A program made the position numbers and the translations under genes. A stretch of 52,317 nt of DNA from Candidatus Saccharimonadota bacterium (lineage in GTDB: Bacteria > Patescibacteriota > Saccharimonadia > Saccharimonadales > UBA7683): NCBI GenBank assembly GCA_036848695.1, contig DAIUJM010000001.1, positions 1,354 through 53,670 of the forward strand. Direction: 5' to 3'. Positions within the stretch are counted from its first letter, which is position 1; each line of letters opens with the position of its first letter. The notes beneath the pieces are model-generated. The model was not told where the DNA came from and did no database searches. It saw nothing but the letters and a program-made list of their open reading frames with translations. This document shows, piece by piece, positions 33,266 through 43,104 of the stretch.

Positions 33266-33892
33266 ATGATTATAGGAATAGATGAGGTGGGAAGGGGTTG
33301 CTGGGCGGGTCCATTGGTAGCTGCGGCGGTTGGTCTGCAGAAAGACCACGGTATTCTTGGTCTTGATGATTCCAAAAAATTATCAGCGAAGAAACGAGTG
33401 TTGCTAGTACACGATATCAAACAATCGACTAAGCAAATTGGCATAGGTTGGGTATGGCCACGAGAAATTAACAAGATTGGTCTAACAAAATCCGTTCAGC
33501 TCGCAATGTTTCGTGCAATTTCAGAACTCAATCATGAAGGTATACCGATTATAATTGATGGAAACCTAAATTATCTTCAGGGTGTTCTTTGCAAGGAGAC
33601 TCCCTGCAACAAGGAGTCTCCTTGCAAAACCTGTATACGTATAAGTACTGTTATTGGTGGTGATGGTACTGTAGCTTCCGTATCTGCGGCATCAATTATT
33701 GCAAAGGTTGCCAGAGACACTTACATGCAGACAATTGCTAAAAAATATCCAAACTATCAATTCGAAAAGCATGTAGGCTATGGGACACGGCAGCATATAG
33801 AGGCTCTGGAAAGGTACGGGGTAACGTCAATACATCGCACAGATTACAAGCCCATCAAACGACTTCTCTCAAAAGAGGATAAGTCGCAATGA
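33266..33892 (+). CDS. rnhB: Ribonuclease HII
   Basis: IIGIDEVGRGCWAGPLV, DDSKKL and GGDG..SVSAASIIAKVARD. It contains an in-frame palindromic insertion. Confidence 0.9.
   Translation: MIIGIDEVGRGCWAGPLVAAAVGLQKDHGILGLDDSKKLSAKKRVLLVHDIKQSTKQIGIGWVWPREINKIGLTKSVQLAMFRAISELNHEGIPIIIDGNLNYLQGVLCKETPCNKESPCKTCIRISTVIGGDGTVASVSAASIIAKVARDTYMQTIAKKYPNYQFEKHVGYGTRQHIEALERYGVTSIHRTDYKPIKRLLSKEDKSQ
33588..33628. repeat. Perfect 16-bp inverted repeat with a 9-nt loop inside rnhB
   Basis: tttgcaaggagactcc ctgcaacaa ggagtctccttgcaaa, read directly. Confidence 0.9.
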
Positions 33893-34230
33893 CAAACTAT
33901 TCTGCCGGACATGAAGCCGAACAGATAGCAGCGCGTTATTTGAACGAGCAAGGTTTTACGGTCCATTCGGTTAATTGGTCGACACCGGCCTGTGAAATTG
34001 ATATTGTCGCAAATAAAGATGACTGTGTCTACTTTATAGAAGTGAAGTACCGGAGTAGTGATAGCCAGGGTGGGGGATTTGACTATATCACGCCCAAAAA
34101 ACTACAACAAATGAAGTTTTCTGCACAATGCTGGGTTCAAGAAAACAAATATGAAGGTGACTATGAGTTGAGTGCAATCGAAATTGGAGCAGATTTTCAA
34201 ATTATTGAATTTATTGAAGAGATCGACTAG
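33889..34230 (+). CDS. yraN: YraN-family (UPF0102) endonuclease-like protein
   Basis: GHEAEQIAARYL...CEIDIVA...YFIEVKYR is the typical YraN pattern. ATGA overlap with rnhB. Confidence 0.85.
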   Translation: MTNYSAGHEAEQIAARYLNEQGFTVHSVNWSTPACEIDIVANKDDCVYFIEVKYRSSDSQGGGFDYITPKKLQQMKFSAQCWVQENKYEGDYELSAIEIGADFQIIEFIEEID

Positions 34231-36751
34231 CGAACCAATCTGCAATAGGTTTTTCATCACGCTTACGCCACTGTACGCGTGCTTCAATTTCGCTGACACC
34301 TATTTTAATGGCACGGGTGAGTGCTGGATCATTAATTTTTGGCATAAAGAATTTCTTGTATTCACCTAACCATTCTTCAGAATTCATAAAGCTGGCGGCG
34401 TACCTTGGGAAGTAATCGTAAGACTTCGATGAGGCAAATGTTTCAGTCAGCCATATCCAATTTTCGATAAGCCATTGCCAAGTCAGATTTCGGCTGTGCT
34501 TGTTACGGAGCAGGTACGCGTACCACCTTACAATGTCTTGTGGGCGTACCTGTTCTTTGTCTTTAAGCAATGTAAGCAGTTTTTTTGCTACCTCTGGATC
34601 TTTTGTGGTAGTAAGTGCCCCACATATATCGTCACGCAGATCTGCAGATGTAGTTTCATTGTGTAGCTTGATGAGGGTATCAACAACATCTGGGGAACCA
34701 AAGCGAGCTGCAGCTGACATTAGTACAGAACGAAACTCGGCATTTAGTTTATCGGGAGTGGTCTTGTTGTAGCGTTGAAGGGCTATTTCAATAACTTGCT
34801 GGTTTTCAGATGATAGCGCTAGTCCTGCCATAGTTCGTCGGAGTTGTGTAGTGTTAGGATCGTCGTTCATTTGACGGTCCCAGCCGAGAGTCTTGTGTTG
34901 CTTTTCAACAAGTTGATAGACGAATTCTTTGCTACGTTTTTCTGTAGTTTCATCGCCCTCAGTCAGCATACGGGCGTGACCAATAATTGTACCAATTGGC
35001 CCCCAGACGCTGTCGCGGGTTTCATTCTGGCAGCCAGCTACAATATCTAGACCGCTTACAAGTGAATCATTATTAGATCGAGCAAGCAAAACAATGTCAT
35101 TGAGTGTATTGATTCTTCCAGAAGCATCGATCTTCATTGTTTGGATGGCCTCAGCCAAAGCTTTTTTATCCGCTTTATCTTCATAATCAACCACAAAGTG
35201 GCCACTCCCACTTAGGTTAAATAGAACTGGGTCTTCGGACGGGGCTTGAACTGTGATTTCCCGGGTAGAGATCATGTCGGTATTAAGTTTGTTATTAGCT
35301 AGTAGTGGAATACTCCAAAGTTGCTTATCTTGAATATTGGCGTCAAGAAGCAGACGTTCCTGTTTTAGGTTAAGCTGACGGCCTTGCTGGAAAACCTGAA
35401 GTCGCGGCATGCCTGATTGTTCAAGCCAGCTGGTCATAATGCTTTTAATTGGTTTATTTGAAGCAATCTCAAGTTCATTCCATAGATCATCGCGCACAGT
35501 GTTGCTATAAGCATGTTTTTTAAAGTAAGTTTTTAGCCCATTTCTAAATGCGGTTTCCCCAATATATTCACGGAGCATTTTGAGTAGTCTGCCACCTTTG
35601 GCATAGACTATAGCACCATCAAATAATGCCCCGATTTCAGCAGGATCGTTAACATCAATACGAACCGGCTGAACATCTGTGTATACATCGCGGTTACTTG
35701 CAGCTATAACGTCAGCCGCTGTGTAATCTTCCCAAGCGTGCCACTGTGGGTGAATATGGTCCACGGCAATATATTCCATCAAACTAGCGAAACTTTCATT
35801 TAACCAAAGATCATCCCACCACTGCATAGTAACAAGGTTACCGAACCATTGGTGGCTGAGTTCATGAGCGATAACTGTTGAAATGTAGTGCTCGGAGCTG
35901 ATTGATCGGTTTTCAGGATCGGCGAGTAGAGCTGTTTCGCGATACGTTATCAATCCCCAGTTTTCCATTGCTCCAGCATCGAAGTCCGGGAGCGCTACTT
36001 GATCACACTTAGCAAGTGGATACGGAGTTTCAAAATATTCATTATAAAATTCAATGGTATCACTAGCTTCTTTAACTGAATAATCGAGAAGGTTTTTTGG
36101 TTGGGCAACGCTTGCCCAGCTTCGTACCGTAAGGCCATCTTTGGTTACACCTTCGACGTTATGCATTTCGCCTGTTACGAACGCTAGTAGGTAGGTGCTC
36201 ATCTTTGGGGTTGTTTCAAAAGTAGTGATTAGTAAAGTTTTGTCGTTCTCGGCTTGATGCTGATGCTTCACAGGCATGTTAGAAAGCACTTCAGCGCCCG
36301 TGGCAGTTTCAAGCGTGAGGGAGAATGTTGCTTTTGCAGACGGTTCATCAACACAGGGAAACACCTCTCGTGCGTGGTGACTTTCGAACTGCGTTGCAAT
36401 CAGCCATTTTTTAACACCATCATGTTCAAAGTAACAAGGGTATATACCGGCCATGTCGTCGGTTATTTTGCCGCTGAATTCTACAGTGATCGTAGTCTCG
36501 CCCACAGCTATATTTTCAGGCACTGTAAGTATGAGAGTATCGAACTTTCCGGATTTATGGGTGGCCACCTCACCACCTATGGTTGCAGTATTGATGGTTA
36601 GGTCTTTAGAATGCAGCTCTACACTAGAAGATTTTTGCAGGAGCAAGCCCCTTACTTCTACGGAGCCGGTAAAAGTCAATTGTTCGCTATTAATCTTGAG
36701 GCTTAGGTCGTAGTGGGAAGGCTCGAATGAGTCATGTAATTTTTTGATCAT
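34211..36751 (-). CDS. pepN: M1-family aminopeptidase N
   Basis: GAMENWG exopeptidase motif and HELSHQWFGNLVT...WLNESFA zinc site. 846 aa. Confidence 0.92.
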   Translation of the reverse strand: MIKKLHDSFEPSHYDLSLKINSEQLTFTGSVEVRGLLLQKSSSVELHSKDLTINTATIGGEVATHKSGKFDTLILTVPENIAVGETTITVEFSGKITDDMAGIYPCYFEHDGVKKWLIATQFESHHAREVFPCVDEPSAKATFSLTLETATGAEVLSNMPVKHQHQAENDKTLLITTFETTPKMSTYLLAFVTGEMHNVEGVTKDGLTVRSWASVAQPKNLLDYSVKEASDTIEFYNEYFETPYPLAKCDQVALPDFDAGAMENWGLITYRETALLADPENRSISSEHYISTVIAHELSHQWFGNLVTMQWWDDLWLNESFASLMEYIAVDHIHPQWHAWEDYTAADVIAASNRDVYTDVQPVRIDVNDPAEIGALFDGAIVYAKGGRLLKMLREYIGETAFRNGLKTYFKKHAYSNTVRDDLWNELEIASNKPIKSIMTSWLEQSGMPRLQVFQQGRQLNLKQERLLLDANIQDKQLWSIPLLANNKLNTDMISTREITVQAPSEDPVLFNLSGSGHFVVDYEDKADKKALAEAIQTMKIDASGRINTLNDIVLLARSNNDSLVSGLDIVAGCQNETRDSVWGPIGTIIGHARMLTEGDETTEKRSKEFVYQLVEKQHKTLGWDRQMNDDPNTTQLRRTMAGLALSSENQQVIEIALQRYNKTTPDKLNAEFRSVLMSAAARFGSPDVVDTLIKLHNETTSADLRDDICGALTTTKDPEVAKKLLTLLKDKEQVRPQDIVRWYAYLLRNKHSRNLTWQWLIENWIWLTETFASSKSYDYFPRYAASFMNSEEWLGEYKKFFMPKINDPALTRAIKIGVSEIEARVQWRKRDEKPIADWFASRSLQ

Positions 36752-36758
36752 AACGAAT

Positions 36759-36764
36759 AGTATA
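36759..36764 (-). promoter_or_regulatory. -10 box (TATACT), 7 nt upstream of the pepN ATG
   Basis: Read on the minus strand. No SD. Confidence 0.4.
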
Positions 36765-36860
36765 GATCATTGTAAATTTTGTGTAATGATGATGTGAATT
36801 GTTTCTATGTGTCCATAGTTTCATTTCTGTGTTCTAGCAAGTCGCAAATAATGAACAGTA

Positions 36861-36869
36861 TGGTATACT
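36861..36869 (+). promoter_or_regulatory. Extended -10 (TGGTATACT) for nusA
   Basis: Read directly. A ~65-nt leader follows. Confidence 0.4.
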
Positions 36870-36878
36870 AGGTGTAGT

Positions 36879-36902
36879 CCGGCCACATTGGTCGGTTCTT
36901 TT
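36879..36902 (+). promoter_or_regulatory. Terminator-like hairpin + T-tract in the nusA leader (possible attenuator)
   Basis: CCGGCC acatt GGTCGG (one G.U) followed by TTCTTTT. It lies between the -10 and the nusA SD/ATG. Confidence 0.3.
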
Positions 36903-36940
36903 CATCTTTGATCACAAGTTTTTATAAGAAAGGAAACAAA

Positions 36941-38182
36941 ATGGAGATACAAATCAAACAATTAATTGCAGCAGTTAAACAGATTGCCGAAGAAAAAAAT
37001 CTTCCAGAAGATGTTGTACATGAAGCAGTTGAGCAGGCACTAGCGGCAGCCTACCGTAAAGATTTTGGTGAACGTGAACAGAATGTTGTTGTACAGCTAA
37101 ATTCGAACACTGGCGACATGACGGCGATTACCAGCTACGATGTAGTTGAAGACGATGCCGTAGAAAACGACGCTCAGCAGCTTACCGTAGAACAGGCACA
37201 GAAGTTTAAAAAAGGTGCCAAGCTTGGCGACGTTGTAACTGAAGAAGCCCATCCAACTACTTTCGGCCGCGTTGCAGCCCAAACCGCCAAGCAGGTTATT
37301 TTGCAGCGTCTTCGTGAAGCTGAGCGCGAAATTGTGCTGACTGAATACGAAGACAAAATCGGCACAGTTATTGTTGGAACAGTACAACGTGTTGAACCTC
37401 GCGTTGTTCGTGTTGACCTTGGTAAGGCTACAGGTATTTTGCCAGCCAGTGAACAAATTCAGGGCGAATACTACGGTGTTGGCTCTAGAATCAAAGTTTT
37501 CTTGAAAGATGTTGAACGTGGTAACCGCGGTCCGCAACTTGTTCTTTCACGAGCTAACGAAGAATTTATTGAATACCTATTCCGACAAGAAGTTCCAGAA
37601 ATGGAATCAGGCGCCGTCGAAATTAAAGGCATCGCCCGTCAAGCTGGAATGCGAACTAAAATTGCCGTTGCCTCAACTGCACCTGGCGTAGATCCAGTCG
37701 GTACATTTGTTGGTGGTCATGGTACTCGCGTACAGGCAGTTATGAATGAAATCGGTGATCAAGAAAAAATCGATATTGTAACATTTGCTGAAGATTCAGA
37801 AACATATATTAAAAACGCTCTTTCACCAACAGAAGTAATTCGTGTTGAACTTAACGAAAAAGCTAAACATGCACGTGTGATTGTTGATCAGTCGCAGCTT
37901 TCAATTGCTATTGGAAAAGCCGGGCAGAACGTTCGACTTGCTAGTAAGCTAACCGGATATGAACTAGATATAGAATCTGGTACGCCAAAAACTGAAACAC
38001 CAGTTGAGGAAGTTGCGCCGGCACCAGACCCTGTTGTTGAAGAAACCGCACCAGTTGAAGAAGTTGTAGTAGCGCCAGTTGTGGTAGAAAAGCCTGCTGA
38101 AGCCAAGAAGTCTACAAAGCCAAAAAGACGTGATGACATAGAAGCCGGTTTACTCGGAGCTATTGAAGAACAGGGCGAATAA
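36941..38182 (+). CDS. nusA: Transcription termination/antitermination factor NusA
   Basis: N-terminal domain, S1 (GTVQRVEPRVVRVDLG) and KH1/KH2 (AVASTAPGVDPVGTFVG, SIAIGKAGQNVRLASKLTG). P/V/E-rich C-terminal tail. ATG 36941 has an AAAGGAAA SD. Confidence 0.93.
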   Translation: MEIQIKQLIAAVKQIAEEKNLPEDVVHEAVEQALAAAYRKDFGEREQNVVVQLNSNTGDMTAITSYDVVEDDAVENDAQQLTVEQAQKFKKGAKLGDVVTEEAHPTTFGRVAAQTAKQVILQRLREAEREIVLTEYEDKIGTVIVGTVQRVEPRVVRVDLGKATGILPASEQIQGEYYGVGSRIKVFLKDVERGNRGPQLVLSRANEEFIEYLFRQEVPEMESGAVEIKGIARQAGMRTKIAVASTAPGVDPVGTFVGGHGTRVQAVMNEIGDQEKIDIVTFAEDSETYIKNALSPTEVIRVELNEKAKHARVIVDQSQLSIAIGKAGQNVRLASKLTGYELDIESGTPKTETPVEEVAPAPDPVVEETAPVEEVVVAPVVVEKPAEAKKSTKPKRRDDIEAGLLGAIEEQGE

Positions 38183-38190
38183 ATCTACAA

Positions 38191-38217
38191 TTAGCACTCT
38201 TGCATGCCGAGTGCTAA
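38191..38217 (+). terminator. 9-bp hairpin after nusA (TTAGCACTC ... GAGTGCTAA)
   Basis: Read directly. 9-nt loop and no clear U-tract. Confidence 0.4.
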
Positions 38218-38222
38218 AGGTA

Positions 38223-38228
38223 TATACT
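38223..38228 (+). promoter_or_regulatory. -10 box (TATACT), 7 nt upstream of the clpC ATG
   Basis: Read directly. No SD. Confidence 0.4.
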
Positions 38229-38235
38229 GGTATTC

Positions 38236-40746
38236 ATGAATACACGTAGGGATTTTCAGGATTTTCTAGAGCGGCTTACTGAAAATGCGCGTCGCAGTTT
38301 GCACAGCGCTGAAGGTATTGCTCAGAGTTTTGGAAATGCATACATTGGCACCGAACATATTTTACTTGGAGTGCTAAGTCAAAAATCTTCAGTTGGGGCA
38401 AAAATGCTTCAGGTTTCAGGAGTAACTCTTGATCGTGCTGAGTCAATTCTTAAGCGCTCACCAGTAGATCTTGCCACCAACCCAGATTTAGGCAAAGGCT
38501 TGAGTGAAGCTGCTAAGCTGACGTTACGAACTAGTTGGGAAATTGCCAAAGAGTTTAACCAAGAATACTGTGGCACAGAGCATATTTTGTACAGTATTTT
38601 GGTACAAAAAAATGCACGGGCTAATGTCTTGCTTCGTGATTTGAAAGTAGACGTAGATAATCTTTCTATGGAGCTTGAGCAGTATTTAAGTCGACAAGGT
38701 TTTGAAAACACAGAATCACATGTTCATACTGAAAGCCGAACCAAACCGCGTAAAAGTGCTTTAGACTTTTTTGGTACTGATTTAACGCTTGAAGCAAAGA
38801 AGAAACGACTTGATCCGGTTATTGGCAGAGACCGTGAAATTACACGGATGATTACAATTCTAAGCCGTCGCACTAAGAATAATCCAATTTTAATTGGTGA
38901 ACCGGGTGTAGGAAAGACGGCTTTGGTTGAAGGATTAGCTCAACGTATAGCGGTGCAAGAAGTGCCGGAAGATTTACTCGACAAACGCGTAATTTTACTA
39001 GATCTAGTTGGTATGATTGCTGGTACAAAATATCGAGGCGAATTTGAAGAACGATTAAAAGCGGTGATGGAAGAAATAGCTGAAGATAGCAATATCATCA
39101 CATTTATAGATGAAATCCACTTGGTAATTGGTGCTGGGTCAGCAGAAGGCGCCATGGATGCGGCCAATATATTAAAACCAGTGTTAGCTCGCGGAAAAAT
39201 GCGTTTAATTGGCGCTACTACAATTGATGAATACCAAAAATCAATCGAAAAAGATGCGGCTTTAAACCGACGATTCCAAACCATTGAAGTTTTGCCGCCT
39301 AGTCTTGAAGAAACTGTTGCAATTTTACGTGGACTTAAAAAACATTACGAAAAGCACCACAAGGTAGAAATTAGCGATGAGCTGATTGAAGAAACCGTAC
39401 GTTTGAGTGACCGCTTCATGAGCGAAAGATATATGCCAGATAAAGCACTTGATTTACTAGATGAAACTGCTGCATTCAAGCGCGTTGAAAAAAACCATAT
39501 TCCAGAATACCAGCGCGGTTTAATGCGTGAGATTAAGCTTTCTCGTTCACGCATGGAAGAGGCGGTCAATCATGAAGATTTTGAATCGGCTGCGCGCCAG
39601 AAAAACAAATTAGCAGATCTAGAACGTGTACTAGAAGCTGAACGTGCTAAGGGTCAGCCCACACTTGATCTTACAAATGATGATTTAGCTCAAACTGTTG
39701 GCTTAATGACCGGAATTCCTACTGAAAAGATCTTGAAGAAAGAAGCCGGCTATCTACTTAGCCTTGAAAAAGCACTCAGTCGTCATGTGATTGGTCAGCA
39801 AGAAGCGGTTGCCGCTGTGGCCCGTGCGATACGCCGTAACCGATCTGGCGTTTCTTCTAAGAATCGTCCGATAGGCTCATTTATATTCCTTGGTCCATCG
39901 GGTGTTGGTAAAACTGAACTTGCTCGTACTCTGGCCCGTGAACTTTACGACAGAGAAGATGCATTGATTAAAATTGATATGAGTGAGTTTTCAGAACGCC
40001 ATACAGCATCTCGCCTTGTAGGTGCGCCGGCCGGCTACGTTGGTTACGAAGAAGGTGGGCAGCTTACAGACAAGGTCCGCAGGAATCCGTATAGTCTGAT
40101 TTTGCTTGATGAAATTGAAAAAGCACACCCAGAAATCTTTAATATGTTACTTCAAATTCTGGAAGACGGTGTCTTAACAGATGCTAAAGGTAAAACAGTT
40201 GATTTCACAAATACTGTGGTTATTATGACCGGTAACGTTGGGGCGGAACAGCTGCAGCGCGAATCTACTCTCGGATTCCGTGCTGAAACAAAGACGGAAA
40301 TTGAAGGACTTGATCATCTACATGAAGAAAATAAAGAAAAAGTGTTAGATGAACTTAAAATGGTGATGCGTCCAGAGCTTATTAACCGTATAGATAAGAT
40401 GATTGTGTTTCGCGCCCTTACAACAAAAGAAGCCCGAAAAGTATTAGAACTACAACTTGAAGATCTGAACGAACGGCTTCAATCAGAGCATAAGATTTCC
40501 GTCCAGCTAAGTCTAGCTGCAAAGAATTTACTTTTAAAACAGGGTTACAATCCTCAGAGCGGTGTTCGAACTTTGCGCCGTGCTATTCAAGATGAGATTG
40601 AAGACGAAATTGCCGAAGGTATTTTACGCGGCGATTACGCTGACGGAGAACAGATCCACGTTGAACTACAGAAGCATAAACTAAAGTTTTCCACTGTGAA
40701 TAAGCAGTCAAAAGAGATTAAGAAGCCCGCCAAAGCGACTGCTTAG
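38236..40746 (+). CDS. clpC: ATP-dependent Clp protease ATP-binding subunit ClpC
   Basis: Two Clp_N repeats, two AAA+ modules ([16 protein letters not shown]), a UVR-like middle motif and an LGF loop. Confidence 0.93.
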   Translation: MNTRRDFQDFLERLTENARRSLHSAEGIAQSFGNAYIGTEHILLGVLSQKSSVGAKMLQVSGVTLDRAESILKRSPVDLATNPDLGKGLSEAAKLTLRTSWEIAKEFNQEYCGTEHILYSILVQKNARANVLLRDLKVDVDNLSMELEQYLSRQGFENTESHVHTESRTKPRKSALDFFGTDLTLEAKKKRLDPVIGRDREITRMITILSRRTKNNPILIGEPGVGKTALVEGLAQRIAVQEVPEDLLDKRVILLDLVGMIAGTKYRGEFEERLKAVMEEIAEDSNIITFIDEIHLVIGAGSAEGAMDAANILKPVLARGKMRLIGATTIDEYQKSIEKDAALNRRFQTIEVLPPSLEETVAILRGLKKHYEKHHKVEISDELIEETVRLSDRFMSERYMPDKALDLLDETAAFKRVEKNHIPEYQRGLMREIKLSRSRMEEAVNHEDFESAARQKNKLADLERVLEAERAKGQPTLDLTNDDLAQTVGLMTGIPTEKILKKEAGYLLSLEKALSRHVIGQQEAVAAVARAIRRNRSGVSSKNRPIGSFIFLGPSGVGKTELARTLARELYDREDALIKIDMSEFSERHTASRLVGAPAGYVGYEEGGQLTDKVRRNPYSLILLDEIEKAHPEIFNMLLQILEDGVLTDAKGKTVDFTNTVVIMTGNVGAEQLQRESTLGFRAETKTEIEGLDHLHEENKEKVLDELKMVMRPELINRIDKMIVFRALTTKEARKVLELQLEDLNERLQSEHKISVQLSLAAKNLLLKQGYNPQSGVRTLRRAIQDEIEDEIAEGILRGDYADGEQIHVELQKHKLKFSTVNKQSKEIKKPAKATA

Positions 40747-40769
40747 CGATGTGATATTATGAAGGTATA

Positions 40770-41729
40770 ATGCGTAAATTCGTATCTGTTAGTGTATTGA
40801 TTATCGTACTATCTGTTGTAGGCTTTGCCGTGCTTAACCGCCAGTGGGTACGAGACATGTATGTTGTTCAGACAACAGACGTACAGCCAGTTGCAGACAG
40901 TCTTAAGCAACAGCTATATTTGACTGATCACGCAGATTTTCTTTACCAAGCCAGCCTACCTGAGGTGCTAGATGCCGCTGAATTTAACCAATCCTGCGCC
41001 GATGTACAGAGAGAGCAGAGTATTGTCTTAGGCTGTTACACTAGGCAGCGCTTCTTTGTGTACGATGTGGACGACGAACGGTTATCAGGAGTTAAAGAGG
41101 TTACCGCGGCGCACGAATTGCTTCACGCTGTTTACGAACGCCTATCAGTAAAAGAGAAAAACAAAATTGACGGCTTGGTGCTGGAAGTCGCAAAAACAAT
41201 TACCGATGAACGGTTCCAGGCAACACTAGCTCAGTACCAACAAACTGAGCCAGATCAAATACCTAACGAACTTCATTCAATACTAGCGACTGAAATCAAA
41301 GAACTCCCTAGTGAGTTGGAGCTTCATTACGGCAAGTACTTTCTTGATAGGTCAAAAATTGTAGCCTACGCCACGCAGTATGCTGAAACGTTCACTTCAC
41401 TTGATGACCAGATTAACCAATACGATTCAAAGTTGAGCACTCTAAAAAAATCTATTACTTCACTAGAAGAGTCGTTAAAAACTAAGCAAGTAGCCTTAAA
41501 CAGCGCGCAGCAAGAGATGCAACAACTGCGAGCATCAGGCCAAATTGAAGAGTATAACCTAATGGTACCTGATTATAATCAGCGGATACGAGTTTATAAT
41601 CAAGACGTAGCGCGGCTCAAGCAGGCTATCGACGAATATAATCTATTGGTTGAACAACGGAACAGCCTGGCGACTACTCAAAATGATCTTGCAAAAGAGC
41701 TAAATAGCAATTACCAACCACTCCAGTAA
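40770..41729 (+). CDS. Membrane-anchored HExxH protein with a C-terminal coiled coil (putative metallopeptidase)
   Basis: N-terminal TM (VSVSVLIIVLSVVGFAVL), AAHELLHAVYE, a later NELHS and a Q/L-rich heptad region. Confidence 0.55.
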   Translation: MRKFVSVSVLIIVLSVVGFAVLNRQWVRDMYVVQTTDVQPVADSLKQQLYLTDHADFLYQASLPEVLDAAEFNQSCADVQREQSIVLGCYTRQRFFVYDVDDERLSGVKEVTAAHELLHAVYERLSVKEKNKIDGLVLEVAKTITDERFQATLAQYQQTEPDQIPNELHSILATEIKELPSELELHYGKYFLDRSKIVAYATQYAETFTSLDDQINQYDSKLSTLKKSITSLEESLKTKQVALNSAQQEMQQLRASGQIEEYNLMVPDYNQRIRVYNQDVARLKQAIDEYNLLVEQRNSLATTQNDLAKELNSNYQPLQ

Positions 41730-41752
41730 TGGATGTTATACTGTAAGGAGAA

Positions 41753-43096
41753 ATGGCAAAATCTTCAGTACAATTCATCTGTCAGGAATGCGGATCGCGG
41801 CACAGTAAATGGGCGGGCCGTTGCAGTAACTGTGGTGCTTGGAACAGCTTGGTTGAAGAAGCTGCGGTGTCGCACGACACCACGCTGGCAGCTGTTAAGG
41901 GTAACGTTTTAAAACCTGCGGCTATCGGAAAAGTAGCAAAAAGCCAAAAAGCAATACGGCTTGTTACAGATGTAGAAGACGTTGATTCAGTGCTAGGCGG
42001 CGGTTTTGTTTCAGGGAGTGTCAATTTAATTGCAGGGCAACCGGGAATCGGTAAGAGCACGCTTTTGATGCAACTTTCGGCACAACTTTCTAAAGAGCAC
42101 GCTGTTTTGTATGTAAGCGGTGAAGAATCACTCGAACAGGTAAGTCTGCGTGCTGCCCGTATAACTCCGAAAGAACAGAACGTTATGTTGGCCAGCTCTA
42201 CAAGTACTGACGACATTGCTGCCACCATTTTAAGCGAACAGTTTCAGGTGGTTATTGTCGATTCAGTTCAAACCGTTTCCTGCGCTTCTGTGTCTTCGGC
42301 TCCAGGCTCGATAAGTCAAATTACAAATAGTACGTACATTCTTACTCAGGCCGCGAAGCAAGCAAATGTTACATTAATTTTAGTCGGGCATGTTACTAAA
42401 GAAGGTAGTATTGCCGGCCCAAAACTTATGGAACATCTTGTGGATGTTGTTTTGAACTTGGAAGGTGATCGCTATGGTGGTTTCAAAGTGCTTAGAGCAG
42501 TGAAGAACCGTTACGGTTCAACTTCTGAAGTAGGTATATTCGACATGACCGAAAATGGCTTAATACCTGTTAATAACCCGTCGGCAGTGTTATTGGCTGA
42601 GCGGCAAATTGCCGATGGTTCGGTTGTACTTGCCGCTATGGAAGGTACGCGGCCAATTCTTGTTGAAGTACAGGCTTTAGTGAACAGAACATCGTTTGGA
42701 TACCCTAAACGTGCAGCCTCGGGCTTTGACATTAATCGGCTTAACCTTTTAACTGCCGTACTGTCACGACGTACAAAGTTAGATTTGAGTGAATTCGATG
42801 TATATATTAATATTGTTGGTGGTATTAAAATATCGGAACCGGCGGCCGATTTAGCTGTCTGTATGGCCATAGCTTCAGCAGCTAAGGGGATGCAACTCAG
42901 CCAAGATGCTGTTGTTTTCGGCGAAGTAGGGCTTTCTGGCGAAGTTCGCCACGTTCCAAACATTGAAAAAAGGCTTAAAGAAGCAAAACAACTCGGTTTC
43001 AATATTTGTATCGGTCCTAAAACCGACAAAAAATCTTCTCAGCTTCATCCAGTCGCCAACCTGCGTGAAGCGCTCAATACATATTTAAAAACATAG
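41753..43096 (+). CDS. radA: DNA repair protein RadA/Sms
   Basis: Zn finger CQECGSRHSKWAGRCSNCGAWNS, Walker A GQPGIGKST, KNRYG and a Lon-like C-terminal domain. AAGGAG SD. Confidence 0.95.
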   Translation: MAKSSVQFICQECGSRHSKWAGRCSNCGAWNSLVEEAAVSHDTTLAAVKGNVLKPAAIGKVAKSQKAIRLVTDVEDVDSVLGGGFVSGSVNLIAGQPGIGKSTLLMQLSAQLSKEHAVLYVSGEESLEQVSLRAARITPKEQNVMLASSTSTDDIAATILSEQFQVVIVDSVQTVSCASVSSAPGSISQITNSTYILTQAAKQANVTLILVGHVTKEGSIAGPKLMEHLVDVVLNLEGDRYGGFKVLRAVKNRYGSTSEVGIFDMTENGLIPVNNPSAVLLAERQIADGSVVLAAMEGTRPILVEVQALVNRTSFGYPKRAASGFDINRLNLLTAVLSRRTKLDLSEFDVYINIVGGIKISEPAADLAVCMAIASAAKGMQLSQDAVVFGEVGLSGEVRHVPNIEKRLKEAKQLGFNICIGPKTDKKSSQLHPVANLREALNTYLKT

Positions 43097-43104
43097 GAAA
43101 ATAC

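Noticed and set aside
34211-34230. A 20-nt convergent overlap of the yraN and pepN 3' ends, and a 4-nt overlap of 22860-23123 with recF.
   Set aside because: This is consistent with general genome compaction. No extra structure or signal was seen.
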